Shown here one piece after another: positions 51,461 through 64,000 of a stretch of DNA of 64,000 nucleotides. The stretch lies in assembly GCA_964016885.1 (NCBI GenBank), contig OZ024751.1:3286001-3350000 (forward strand), in the 5' to 3' direction. Both the position numbers and the translations under genes were made by a program. The notes beneath the pieces were generated by a model. The model made no database searches. It was not told the DNA's origin and worked only from the letters and a program-made list of their open reading frames with translations. Position 1 is the first letter of the stretch, and each line of letters begins with the position of its first letter. The stretch comes from Eledone cirrhosa (lineage: Eukaryota).

Positions 51461-54400
51461 AGACTGGTAAGACTGGCTACTCTGCTTGTTACCTCGTCCC
51501 AATCCTTTTCCACCTGGAGGTCTGGTCCGAACCAAACCCCGAGCAACTTTACCAGTCCGTCCGTCCAGCGCCCCACGACGCTGTTGGACGGCATAGGCTT
51601 GCCTCTCCAGGTGCCGAGCTGCAAGCCCACCGGCTTTTCTGGGTTAAGTTTGGCTCCTGTCAACCTTTCATATTCCTTCAATAAGGTGCCGACCACCTCG
51701 ATTTCTGAGGTGTCCGACACCATCACGGTGATGTCGTCCGCATAAGCCGACACTGCCTTTCCACGTCCCGGTTCGAGCCCTGCAATAGCTCCAGCTTCCG
51801 CAGTAAAGGCTCGAGAGTCAATACGTACAGAAGGGAAGAGAGAGGGCACCCTTGACGGACCGATCGGGAGAGCCGAAATGGTTCCGAAAGGTGGCTATTA
51901 ACCTTGACCACCGAGCGTGCGCCGCTGTGCATTGCAGCGATCCAGCTTCTGAAGAGAGCGCCGAAGCCAGCCACCTTGAGGACAAACTCCAGACACCGAT
52001 GGTCGACCCTATCGAATGCTTTCGATTGATCTAAATTGATCAGCGCCCCACCGAAGCCAGGTTTACACCCTACCCTCTCTATGATGTATCGCATGAGGTG
52101 GAGATTGTCGTGTATGGACCTGGATGGGATTGCGCAAGTTTGTGCCTCTCCAACCAAATCCTCGACGACAAGCGCCAATATCTTTGCTAACACCTTGGCC
52201 AAAATCTTAAACTCTGTGTTGAGCAGAGTTATGGGCCTGAAGTTGTCTAATGTATCCCTCTTGTTCTTGTCTTTCCTTATCAGCGTCACCACTCCCCTGC
52301 TCACAGAACTGGGAATACTCCCATTCTGCTGCCAGTTGCAGTAGAGTGCTTCGAGGAGATAGGAGAACAAGTCTAGCATATTTACTTAAAGCTCGTAGGG
52401 CAGGCCATCCAAACCGGGTGACTTGTGCCTCATGCAGCCGACAAGGGCGTCATGAATTTCGGCTGAAGTATTCGGCTGAAGTATTCGGCCTTTTGCAGCG
52501 CTCAGTGTCGACCGTCGAAATGCGCGGCAAGCCGTCAAGGTAGGGACTGAAATCCGCTACTCTCTCTCTGACTCGCCACTCTCCCCGAACAACCGAGCAA
52601 AGTGCTGGCGAAAGGTCTCACACATCCGCTTGGAATCGCTTATCTCGTGTCCGTCTCGGTCCGCCAAAGACCGAATTGTGGTTTTATTACCACGCTGCGC
52701 CTCCGCCACGCGGACCCATCGAACATCTTTGGTTCCCTCGTTTCTCAGCGCACGCGCCTTAGCTCTGACAATACAACCTTCGTGTTTCGCATTGAAGAAA
52801 TGTTTTAATGCCATTCTCGCCGCTAGCACGTCAGTTGCAATGCCACTACAAATAGCCTCGTCTAACTTATCTACCAGCTCCCCCTCCTTTATATTTTTCT
52901 CTAACGCTAGTTCTTTGCTGAACTCTATCGAAGTTACTCTAATCTCTCTTTTGAGAGCCCCCCACCTGTTGTTGATGATCCCCGCTGTCAACTTTTGCTT
53001 AACTAAATTGTTGACTCGGTCCCTGTAAGCCATACGTCCCGGAAATGACATCTTCAGCTTCCAGTAACCCGGTTCCACCCTACGCGTTTTATCTAGGTCG
53101 ACCATACAGATCAAACATTTGTGATCTGAATAGGCGACCGTTTTAGAAAGTGGGCAGCCTACACTATTTCTATCTATTTTCCTAATGAAGATCCTGTCTA
53201 TATACGATCTAGATGACCCCATGCGGTTGGTCCATGTCCATATTGGTGGATTGGGGAAATCTAGTCGATACCTGTCAGAAGTTGGAACTGGCTGATTAGG
53301 TGCTTGAGGCTTTTGCACCTCCGCTCCTATCACCTACTCCCACACAATCCCAGCGTGCGTCTAAGATGCCGTTCCAGTCCCCGCTAACAGTAAAGGGCGA
53401 GACGTACCCAGAAAGGTTCACAGGCGCCTAAAGAAGTCCGGACGTCCGGCCCCTGTAGGGGCGTAGACGGCCAGTAGTCTAAAAGCACCACCTTCACCAC
53501 TGCTCACATCCAAGACCACCAACTTACCGTCCGGGTCCCGGAAGATCGACCTTACCTCGAGATCCAGTCCTTTCCTAAACAGCACTGCCATCCCACCTCC
53601 CATTCCCGGCCTGCTAACAGATGCGAAGATCTGATAGTCGTCGAAAATGGGGGCTAGTGCGCGCGTGTCGGAAATTCTGTTCTCGCTGACGGCAATCACA
53701 TCCATTTCCAGCGACCTGAGGTCGTTGAGCAGGCGACCCTGCTTCAAGCGTGACCCCAGGCCGCGAACATTTAAACTTCCTACTCTTAATATGGCCATGT
53801 TGGCAAGCTAAAAGAGAGAGGGAAGGTTTACTTACCTCCCGGGGTCTTGTGACGGTCGGGTGGTTCGACCTCCATGGTTGGTGGGGTTTCTTTTGGGAAC
53901 CACTTTAAAAGTCTCGATGTGGGTTTCACATTCGGGGTTCCCACGTCTTGAGGAAAGCTCTCCCGAATTTCTTTGAAGGAATTGAGTGTCATTCGGACCA
54001 GAAGCAAATCTTCTGGCACGAAAAATGTGCTCATTTCAAAGATCTCCCCCTCTGTTCGAATGTCCTCGCTTCGTGCTAAGAGGGCCATCAGTTTATCGTT
54101 GGCCCTCAGACAAGCACGAAGTTTTTAACATTTTGTTGGTGTGGTTTTATTTGTTTTCGTTTTAGTAACTGTGGTGGTGATGGTTTTGGTGGTGTTGTTT
54201 CGGGTATGGCTGTGTTTGTTGTAGGTGTGGTATCTGCAATTTCAGGTATTTGTGTGTTTATTTGTACTTGTGTTTGTTTAGGTTGTTTGCGTTTCGGGGA
54301 TTGCGGGGCTGGTGTCGATGTTGCTGTTGGTGCTGATGTTATTGGGGAAGTGATTGCATTAGTGGCGTCTGTATTTTTTGTTGTGTATGTCTTTGTGTTT

Positions 54401-55880
54401 TGTTGGGGGCTTTTTTTTTTGTGGGTTTTCTCTGTTTTTTGCGCTTTTGGGTTTTCCTTCATTTTCGCTGCTGGAAGACAAAGGTTCTGTGGCTGTGAGT
54501 ATCTCTGTGTCTGTGTGTGCGTTTATTGTTTTGTCTATGTGTATAATTGGAGAGGTAGGGGTGTGGGAGAGCTTTCCTCGTTTTCCCCTTGGATTGGTTT
54601 TGGTGTTGGTGGTGGTCCGGCTGTTTTTGATGTTGGTGTCCGTGTCTTTGTTGGTGTTGTTTTTGGTGGTGGTGGTGCAGCTTTCCGTCCTGACATTGGC
54701 GTTGGCAATAAAGGGGGTTTGCGACACCCTGCATTTTTGCACTGAGGGCAGAAGGCTTACAGATGCGTTGCTTCCCCGCAGACGAAGCAGTGCGGCCTTC
54801 TTACCTCAGTGATTAGTTGGATTGTTGTCCCGTCCTGCAAGCTGGCAAAATCCGGGATGTTGTTCATGTTCTCTGGTTTCATTTTGAGAAGAATCTCCAA
54901 ATCCATTCCGGACTAGTCTTCTCTCTCTGTCCTTTTGATATCCAGAAGGGTAGTGTCTGTCCCCTCCTCGATTACGCATCAGGAGCCACCATATGTCCAT
55001 TCCTGGTGGGATACTGGGAATGCGGACCTTTGCTGTCCTTTTACCCATGTAGGACGGGTTCATGATAATGCGTTCCATTCTGCAGGGGGGTCACGGAGTG
55101 CTTAATAGCAAGGGCCTCGGTTTTGAACAGTTCCGAGATGGTACCGAACTGTTTGGCCCTTGCTTTATGCTCTATGTCACTTCCGATGCACTCCAAAGCA
55201 GCCTCTACCTCTGCTTGGCTCGCAAGTTCCACTTTTCGTGTCTGCACCGAAATTCATCGAAAGAGCACCGTCCTCCTTTGTATGGCCGCTATTGCCCCGT
55301 CCGGGATGGTCAGGTTTGCCCAGGACTTCTCCCGTTTAATTAACCTCCACACTTGGGCCAACTGTTCGTCTTTATCGCTAATATCAATATTCAATAAGCG
55401 CTTTGTTTTGCTGCTGCTGCAGCAAAGGTGGTACCTCTGTTGCTCTTGTTGTTGGTGTTGTCGTTCTTGCTGTTGTTGTTGTTGGTGTTGTTGTTGTTGA
55501 TTTGTTTGTTGTTGCTGTTGCCACCGCCATCCGTGTTTACATTGAAGCTGTCGGTGTTATTGTCGTTGTTGTTGTGGTGGTGGTGGTGGTGATGTCGTTT
55601 TGAGATGATACTGCTCCTAACACAGAAGGGAGTGGTTGTGATGGCAGCTTTTGAGTTTTGCCTTCACATCCAGTGGAATGGTCAACAGACATGTTTGTAG
55701 TAGTCGTAGTTGTAGTGAGATCTACAGTGGCTGCTTTTGAACTTCTGACCTGAACGTTGTTTACCGTTTCAAGGTTGAACATTTCCATATACTTTTGGTG
55801 GGGAAGCGATTTTCTTCCAAGGTTTAAAAAATAAATCTGAATATTCGGGCTTAAAGCCTTGTACGTCTTCATACATGTGC
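51460..55880 (-). mobile_element. Decayed Tx1/L1-clade LINE (ORF1 with knuckle; ORF2 with APE and RT), 3'-truncated
   Basis: CFVCGEATHL*AFC near 54760-54800; MAILRVGSLNVRGL..VYAP (53418-53798); SYIDRIF..SDH; FRPITLLN..DQSKAFDRVDH..VRQGCPLS; YADD. Confidence 0.93.
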
Positions 55881-55929
55881 GTCTTCATACATGTGCGTCC
55901 AATAAATAATAATTAATAACAATAATAAT

Positions 55930-56445
55930 CAAGAAATTAGAACACAATAGGCCTGACCTGGTAGTTTTGGACAAAAAAATAGAACACAATAGGCCTGAAC
56001 TGGTGGTTTTGGACAAAAAAATAGAACACAATAGGCCTGAACTGGTGGTTTTGGACAAGGAAAAAAGATCGTGCCTGATTGTAGATGTAGCCTGCCCATT
56101 TGACACGAGAGTGCAAGAAAAGGAGAGGGAGAAAATTAACCGATACCAGGACTTAAAGTGGGAAGTAAAAAGGATTTGGAACTGCCATGAAGTCAAGGTC
56201 GTCCCGATTGTCATAGGCGTACTAGGTACTATCTCAAAGAGTTTCCAAGGATGGTTAAAGAAGATTAGTCCAGGCCCGCTTTTTAGAACACTTTAAAAAG
56301 GCATGCTTGCTGGTACCAGCAAGAACCCTCCGATACGTCCTGAATATCTGAGGCTACAGGTAGCGGCTTGATATTCATTTCAACAAACTTTCCATTTAAA
56401 TAACATCAATGACTGAGACACAAAGAATAATAATAATAATAATAC
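55930..56445 (+). mobile_element. 5'-truncated R4/Dong 3' end with a 42-bp triplication at its 5' junction
   Basis: EHNRP(D/E)LVVLDK three times, then IVDVACPFD..EKINRYQDL; TAA repeats on both sides. Confidence 0.9.
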
Positions 56446-56446
56446 T

Positions 56447-59400
56447 TGCAGAATGAAATAAGACTTGAAGAATGAAATTATGATCGAATGGATGAAAATG
56501 GAAGAATCTGACATGGGGGAACGAAACACTCTCCCTAAGATCCAGAACTTCAAACAAAACCAAAGGATAATATACAAGACTAACATAACTCTCAAAAACA
56601 TTATCATCACAAATAAACTAAACATTACTGATCTAAATCATCTTTATTATGCATCGGCTAAAGTCACCACTCACTTATGTGGAGTGAAAATGAAAAAAAC
56701 AAAGGAATCCCCCCCCAAAAAAACCTACTTGGCAAGGGAACATCAATCGCCAAATAAACCTTGTCCGATCTGACATAGAAATGTTAACAAACTATAAAGT
56801 AGGTGAACATATTAAACAAACTAAACTTAGAAAATTGAAAAGAAAATATAGTATAAAATCAACAAGTGACATAGACATGCTGATAGAAACAATCAAGCAA
56901 AAAGTATCGGCCAAAGCTGCTCGTATAAGGCGCTTTAAAAAACGATCTAGATTCCATAAGGACAATAATATGTTCAAAAACAACCGAAGAAACTTCTACA
57001 GAAAAATTAGCAATAACTGCTAAACCAATACCATCCAAGGAGGAAGTGCAAGAATTCTGGGAAAAGATCTGGGCCGAAGAAAAAGTTCATAATATATATT
57101 CCCCATGGATAGACAGACAAATGAAAGATACAGCTCACCTTGAGGAACAAACATGGGAAAATATAACAGTTGAACATCTGCGTTTAACTCTTAGAAAATC
57201 CAGCAATTGGAAATCCCCAGGAAAAGACAAAATACAAAATGTTTGGATAAATGCCTTCACAGAGTCTCATGAGCTGTTAGCCCAACTTTACAATGAAATG
57301 GTTAAAGAGCCAGAAAAGGTACCATCATGGCTAGTTAACGGCATTACATTCCTACTTCCGAAGAAGGATGAAACAAACAATCCCCAAAATTACAGACCGA
57401 TAACTTGCTTGACCACAATGTATAACATTTTAACATCAGTCCTAACTGATATGATCACTTGATCACAAATGATCTATTTCCCAATGAGCAGAAAGAGTGT
57501 AAATGAGGCTCATATGGCTGTAAGGATCAGCTTTTGGTTAACAAAATGATACTGGAAGATTGTCATAATAGACACAAAAATCTATCAATTGCTTGGATAG
57601 ATTACAAAAAAAGCATTCGATAGTTTTCCACACAGTTGGATTGAAAAGTATTTAGAGATTTTCAAAATATCTCCCGTTGTCAGGAGGTTCCTGTCATTCA
57701 GTATGAAGACATGGAAAACGACACTCCTTTTGAATAGTGAAAAAAAATCACTGGAAACAGGAGAAGTTAATATTAATTGTGGAATTTTTCAGGGTTACTC
57801 TTTATCACCGCTTTTATTCTGCATCGCATTTATACCATTAAGTAAAATGTTCAATGAAACAAAACATGGCTATAAAGTCTATGACAAAACCATTAATCAC
57901 TTGTTCTACATGGATGACCTGAAACTATTTGCAAAAAATGATGAACAATTGCAAGGGCTATTATCCACTGTGAAGCAGTTCAGTGATGACATTAAAATGG
58001 AGTTTGGACTAGATAAATGCGCCAAAGCAACGTTCACCAGAGGAAAGCTGCTGAGAAGTTCAGACATTAATATTGATCAGGGGAATGTGATAAGAGAACT
58101 TGATCAAGAGGAAACTTACAAATATCTAGGTGTTTGTGAAGGAGACGGAATCAAGCATTCGACAATGAGGGAAAGGATAAGGAAGGAATGTTACCGCAGA
58201 GTAAGAGCAATCTTAAGAACGGAATTGAATGCAAGGAATAGGATCGATGCCATAAACATGCTTGCGATACTAGTAGTAACCTACAGTTACAATGTCATCA
58301 ACTGGTCAAGCACAGAGATCCGTAGGCTCGATACAAAAATTAGAAATTACTTAACTATGCACAGAATGCAGCACCCTAAAGCAGATACAGATATAATATA
58401 TCTCCCTTGAAAGAAGGAGGACGTGGGTTAATCCAGTTAGATATTTCTTTGAAAACTGCAACAATTGGATTATCTACATATCTAAGGGAATCACATGATT
58501 GGATGATCAAACTCGTTTTGAAACAGGAAAGCATCAAAAGATCATATTCCATTACAAAAGATGCACAAAGATACACTAATGAACTACACATTTCAGAAGT
58601 TCCATTTACTGCTCTAATGAAAAACACTGACAAAGTAAAGCAAGTAAAAGTAACTGCAAAGAAAGAAGTGCTACAGAAACTGGCTAAGAAATGGCAAGAA
58701 AAGTCTCTGTATGGAAAATACCCAGAAAGAGCTAACAATCCTGATGTTCACAAAACTTTAAACCATCAGTGGTTGGCATCCTTTGGACTGAAATCGGAGA
58801 CTGAAAGACCAATTATATCAGCACAATATCAGTGTCTGCCAACAAAATATTTTCAAGCCAACATAATAAAAAATGGATGCAACACATTATGCCGTGTATG
58901 TAAGAAATAACCAGAGACCATTCATCATATAATTTCAATGTGCAGTCCTATAGCTCCAACCGAATACCTAAACAGGTATGACAGAGCTACACAATACATA
59001 CATTGGATAATGTGTAAGCATTTTGACCTGCCCCATCATAAGCATTGGTGGGAACATCAATCACCTCCCGTACTTGAAAAAGATCACATCTCAATCTTGT
59101 AGAACTTTAGCATCCAAACAGACTGAAAACTACATGCAAATAGACCTGATATAATACTGAAGGACTTTAAAAAGAGGGTATGCCTGCTAATTGATATGTC
59201 CGTTCCAATAGACAAGAATGTATCTATAAACACATTTGAAAAATTGAGCAAGTATAAGGACCTGGAGATAGAAATTAGAAAAATGTGGAAGTTGAGAACT
59301 AAAATAATACCAGCGGTTGTAAGCGCTCTAGGAATGACACCTAAGGGGTCTAATGATTACTTATCGCAAATCCCAGGAAACCTGCGTATAGGAGAAATAC

Positions 59401-59615
59401 AAAAGATAATTTTAATTGGACCTGCCCATATACTAAGGAAGATTCTGTCAATATAAGTACATCACAAGTCTAAACACCTAAAGATGCATGTGTGTGTATG
59501 TACTTTCTTGAACATGGCGGACCTTGTTGTCTCTTGAGGTCACTGGTTGTGACTTGGTGATAACTTGTATGAACATAAAGCAAGTTAAATGCAACTGTAA
59601 TAATAATAATAATAG
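56447..59615 (+). mobile_element. Decayed R4/Dong-type LINE of a second subfamily, with a (TAA)n tail
   Basis: WKSPGKDKIQN, NYRPITCL, GIFQGYSLSP, LFYMDDLK, GGRGL, CRVC, and DMSVP..EKLSKYKDL; several stops and frameshifts. Confidence 0.93.
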
Positions 59616-59790
59616 TAATAATTGTTTCTACTTTTGGAACAAGGCCAGAAACTACCAGTGTATTACTGGTACTTTATTTTATCGACCCCGTAAGGATGAA
59701 AGGCAAAGTTAACCTCGGCGGGATTTGAACTCAGATCATAAAAGGCAATAACTCTATGCTCCAAACCATGGTTCCCATACTGCCAATACT
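59615..59790 (-). mobile_element. tRNA-derived SINE
   Basis: SINE core motif. Confidence 0.87.
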
Positions 59791-59979
59791 ACTAATAATA
59801 ATAATCTATCTACTGATTAGAGAGATGTCAGATTTTGGGAGAATACTCTATCTTTCTGGAGCAATGGAGAATTGTATCGGTTTATATGAGAGGGTAACAT
59901 AAGGTTAGAGTGTCTAGTAGTGAAGAACTGGGCCGAGATATTCTGAAGACTGTACCAAACATTGGGAGTGATATATATG

Positions 59980-60057
<78 letters not shown>

Positions 60058-60192
60058 CATACATACATACATACATACATGTATGCATATATATATATTC
60101 ATACATAAGTATACATATATATGTATATGCATATATGTGTATGTATGTATACATATGTTTATATTTGAATGTGTATATATATATATATATAT

Positions 60193-60247
<55 letters not shown>

Positions 60248-61054
60248 TTTCCGAATCGGCCTGCAGCGTCCATGATAAAGACAAGTGAGCGAAACAAAGT
60301 GAAATAATTATAAAATTTACAACATGACTAAGCTTCACAGAAGTCGAAAGATAAAGAGCCAATGAAACGTATGAAATCCACGGTAAAGTAGTTGATGTCT
60401 TCTTGTAAGAGGTTGTCAGAAGATGGCGCCAGCTGATGTAAGTGGAATAAAGCAGAAGGTTGGAGAGAAAGAGAAAGTAGACGGTGCCGAACATGATGGG
60501 TATCATGAGTGGTGTGGGTTGAGTTGAGGAGGATTTAGTGATTGTGTATGGTTGGTTAAATTACTCACTCGTGTAGAAGAGTTTGTTGCTGATAGGAGGC
60601 AACAAGCGCACAAACTAAACTGTAAGGAAACCAAGTAAAACCTTCTTGTTCAACCAATAAACAAACGAAAAATAAAGAAAACTTAATTAATGCCTGTTAA
60701 GATAATTATTTTATAACTCACACCTGTTTAAAGTAGTTAAGAATTATTGAATAATTCTCGCTATTTAATTCAAAAGGAGAAAATTCGAAAAAGAAATCGG
60801 GTTACATGGAGGAGGGAACAGTAGTAATGAAACTAATGTAAACTAAGTTTTTACATATAATTTAACTAAGCTATCAAGTATCATCTACGGTGTAAGGACA
60901 ATGACTGACGGCTACAGGCTAACGTCTGAAGATCAGAGCAATGTCTCAAGGCTATGAGATAATAAAAACAAGGTCATTGGTATATATATATATATATATG
61001 TGTGCGTGTGTGTGTGTGTCTGTGTGTGTGTCTGTGTGTACTTATATATATATA

Positions 61055-61345
61055 TAAATATAAGTATGTATACGTACATACATATATGTATACAGACGTA
61101 CAGTAGTATGTATATACATACATACATGCACACATATATATGTACGTATGGGTTTACCGCACATTTATTATAATGTTCGGTTTGTTTGTAAACAAACAGC
61201 CCGAATTAACTCGTACAATGTTCGGCAACCATCGTTGCTCTTTTGTTCAACACTGACACGTCTGTATACACATATGTATGTACGTACACATACTTATATT
61301 TAAGTATCAGCCGCGCTAAGAGTGAGAAATAATATTTCCTTTTTT

Positions 61346-61348
<3 letters not shown>
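61055..61348. mobile_element. Short, diverged family A copy (inverted 61055-61257, then a forward piece); HHR not included
   Basis: Homologous to the array unit; (TA)n flanks. Confidence 0.85.
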
Positions 61349-61387
<39 letters not shown>

Positions 61388-61392
<5 letters not shown>

Positions 61393-61789
61393 GTTGTTAA
61401 ACAATATTCGATGATTATGTCAAAGAATGAGTTTTACAGTAGATTGGAAGCACTCAACGGTAAAAATAATTTTCAGGAGTTATTAATATTAAAATATAAG
61501 TATTAATAAAATAGATGTTCTTTTGATCAATTACATTTTATTATACATATTTCGGATGTACGACAGTACGTCCTCATCAGACAAAATATAATGATACATG
61601 ACATACCCTGAGATGTTAAATGGTTAAGATTTAATCAAGGTAGTGTTGATTAAATGCTAACCATTTAACATCTCAGGGTATGTCATGTATCATTATATTT
61701 TGTCTGATGAGGACGTACTGTCGTACATCCGAAATATGTATAATAAAATGTAATTGATCAAAAGAACATCTATTTTATTAATACTTATA

Positions 61790-61798
<9 letters not shown>
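61388..61798 (-). mobile_element. Fold-back family B element with intact HHRs in both arms (+ 61696-61750; - ~61534-61588)
   Basis: Near-perfect arms 61486-61638 and 61646-61798; tattttgt-CTGATGA-ggacgtac(tgtc)gtacatcc-GAAA-tatgta-TA-ataaaatg. Confidence 0.87.
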
Positions 61799-61873
<75 letters not shown>

Positions 61874-62283
61874 TAAACGGAATAGAAAATGCTGACATTC
61901 ACAGTTGAAAAATGGTTTAATTAGGAATAAAAGAGTATTAGTAATTGTATGGGTTAGTATTCTGTTGTGGTTTTAAGTTTTTAAGTTTTTACCGGTTGCG
62001 CATTTCTAAATGCTTTTCAAAAATAATTTTGAGACAGAGTGTCCGTGCTGTTTGCTCTGATCTGATTAGTTTGAGGAATTCTACCTGTTTTTATGTTAAA
62101 AAAGTGGCTCCAGTGCTACTTTGTTGTTGCAAAAATTATTGTGGTCAAAACAATTTTGATTGGTCGGTAGAGGTCATGTGAATGTAAAAAATTGATTTTG
62201 CGCCAAGACTGTTTTTATGTTAAAAAAGTGGCTCCAGCACTACTTGGTGTTTGCAAAAATTCTTGTGGTCAAAACAATCTTGA

Positions 62284-62772
62284 TTGGTCGGTACCATAAG
62301 AAGGAACAAAAACCCAAGAAATCATCTCCCCCAGAATGACATTTACAACTTTCCCCCTTCAAAGAGACACCATACCAAATCACTCAACTACTACGCGGAT
62401 GCCTCATCGTCAAACATAGGGAAAAGATACCACCACCATGATAGATGTAACAACTTCCCCGCTTCAAGGGGACAGCAAGGTAATTACCATTTTCTCAACT
62501 CTCGCTTCCACAATACACAACAAACCCACACCACACGATACAACCAACAACGTAGGCCACTTATAACACCACAATACAACATGGCACATAGAAACACACA
62601 CCCATACTCGCAGTACAGGAACACCCCATTCAATCTACAACCACCAACCCGAACCACATTTTACAACAACAAGGAATATAACAAACACAGGAGACCACTT
62701 AACATCAGCAGACAACCCCTCTACCCCAACCATTTTTTAGACACAGCACACAGATACAGGCAAACAAAATAA
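62284..62772 (+). CDS. Putative upstream ORF (ORF1) remnant of the Penelope-like element; N/H/R/Q-rich
   Basis: Open 162-codon frame overlapping the RT frame; no recognisable domain. Confidence 0.4.
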   Translation: MVGTIRRNKNPRNHLPQNDIYNFPPSKRHHTKSLNYYADASSSNIGKRYHHHDRCNNFPASRGQQGNYHFLNSRFHNTQQTHTTRYNQQRRPLITPQYNMAHRNTHPYSQYRNTPFNLQPPTRTTFYNNKEYNKHRRPLNISRQPLYPNHFLDTAHRYRQTK

Positions 62773-64000
62773 CACAAAACAGGGAGGAGAAACCAATAGT
62801 AATAAAAATTATCAATCTTACTAGTGCAGAACCAACACCCAACCTTATCAACTTACTCTCCAAAGGTCTTAAATTCACACCGACACCACTACGTCCTAAC
62901 TACTATGAAATGAAGGAAGACATCACAGACTTCTGTAGAAAGTTACGACTTAGTGAACCAGTAAGTTACGACTTCGACCAGTACAATGAGGATGAATCAT
63001 TAGCCAGAAATAGAAGCAATTACACCCCTTCAAAAACTAGAAATAAAATCCTGGACGAATTCTGTGAACACATCACAAACTTCCCTTACCAACACTTGCA
63101 CAGACAAAAACGCAAGCCAAACCTCAGCAAGAAAGAATGGGAAGAATTAAATAGATTAAATAGATTAAAAACCGACAGAACCATTACAATTAAAGAGGCT
63201 GATAAAGGGAGTACAGTAGTCCTAATGGAGACAGAATTCTATATCAACTTAGCGCTCTCCACTTTGGAAAACGAAACATACTACGAAAAGGCTGAACACT
63301 ACAATCAACAGAAAATTATGAGAAACCTAAAAACTCTAATCAACCAATACAAAGAAGGACTCACTAACAAGGAATTCAGCTTCATCACAGACTTCACAAG
63401 TAAATCCAGCCTTTTTTACGGTATCCCTAAAGTACATAAAAGCGAATCAATAAGTATTGCATGCAAGGAAGCCACAGACATAGTCATCAATGTCCCCTCA
63501 CCCAATGATCTCAAATTAAGACCTATAATAGCAGGTCCCGCTTGCGAAACCCACCGCCTTAGCAACTTCATTGATACCCTTCTCAAACCCTTCCTCAAAC
63601 ACATCAAAAGCTATATAAGGGACGACCTACATATGCTCAATCACCTCCCTAATATGCCACTTTCTGAACAAACCCTACTAGTGACGTTCGATGTAGTCAA
63701 CCTATACTCCAATATGCCCCACAACCTAGGAATAGAAGCTATCCAATTCTGGCTGGATAATTTCCACAATGAACTCCCACAACGCATCAAAAAAGAATTC
63801 GTGATAGAGGGACTCAAATTTATCTTGGAGAACAATTACTTCGTTTTCAATAACAAACCCTACAGGCAGAAATCTGGGACCGCTATGGGAACGAAAACAG
63901 CCCCCACTTATGCCAACCTAGTCATGGGATACCTGGAAATCACCCTCTACACTAAAGTCCTAAACAAATTTGGAAACACCCTCCACTTACACATTAAAAG
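62682..64000 (+). CDS. Penelope-like element reverse transcriptase; frame open to the window end
   Basis: Manual translation (absent from the ORF track) gives LSKGLKFTPTP, IKEADKGSTVV, FYGIPKVHK, LRPIIAG, LVTFDVVNLYSNIP and YRQKSGTAMGTKTAPTYANL, all in one frame. Confidence 0.93.

Noticed and set aside
60900-60960. CTGAAGA motif as a possible hammerhead
   Set aside because: No properly placed GAAA or stem I/III pairing found

Overview
AT-rich, microsatellite-dense eukaryotic DNA, probably cephalopod (Octopus-like; inferred only from the SINE/LINE repertoire). I found no host gene; the window is almost entirely transposable elements. These include R4/Dong-type LINEs in (TAA)n, Tx1/L1-clade LINEs in (TTA)n, an RTE LINE nested in a Dong element, a Ty3/Gypsy pol fragment, several Penelope-like elements (PLEs) and many tRNA-derived SINEs. 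The main hidden signal is RNA-level. A 12.7-kb tandem array of a ~421-bp unit (4263-16999) carries a minimal type-I hammerhead ribozyme (HHR) in each unit: 29 forward and 1 inverted, with a 6-unit higher-order repeat. It looks like a non-LTR retrozyme, a putative circular-RNA retroelement. Three dispersed copies of the unit and about six other unrelated HHR-bearing families occur in the window, mostly in or beside (TA)n and mostly with a PLE-style inverted 5' segment. One copy begins exactly at its predicted self-cleavage site. Together this suggests a family of ribozyme-bearing non-autonomous elements mobilised by Penelope machinery. Structures were folded by eye; element boundaries are approximate.
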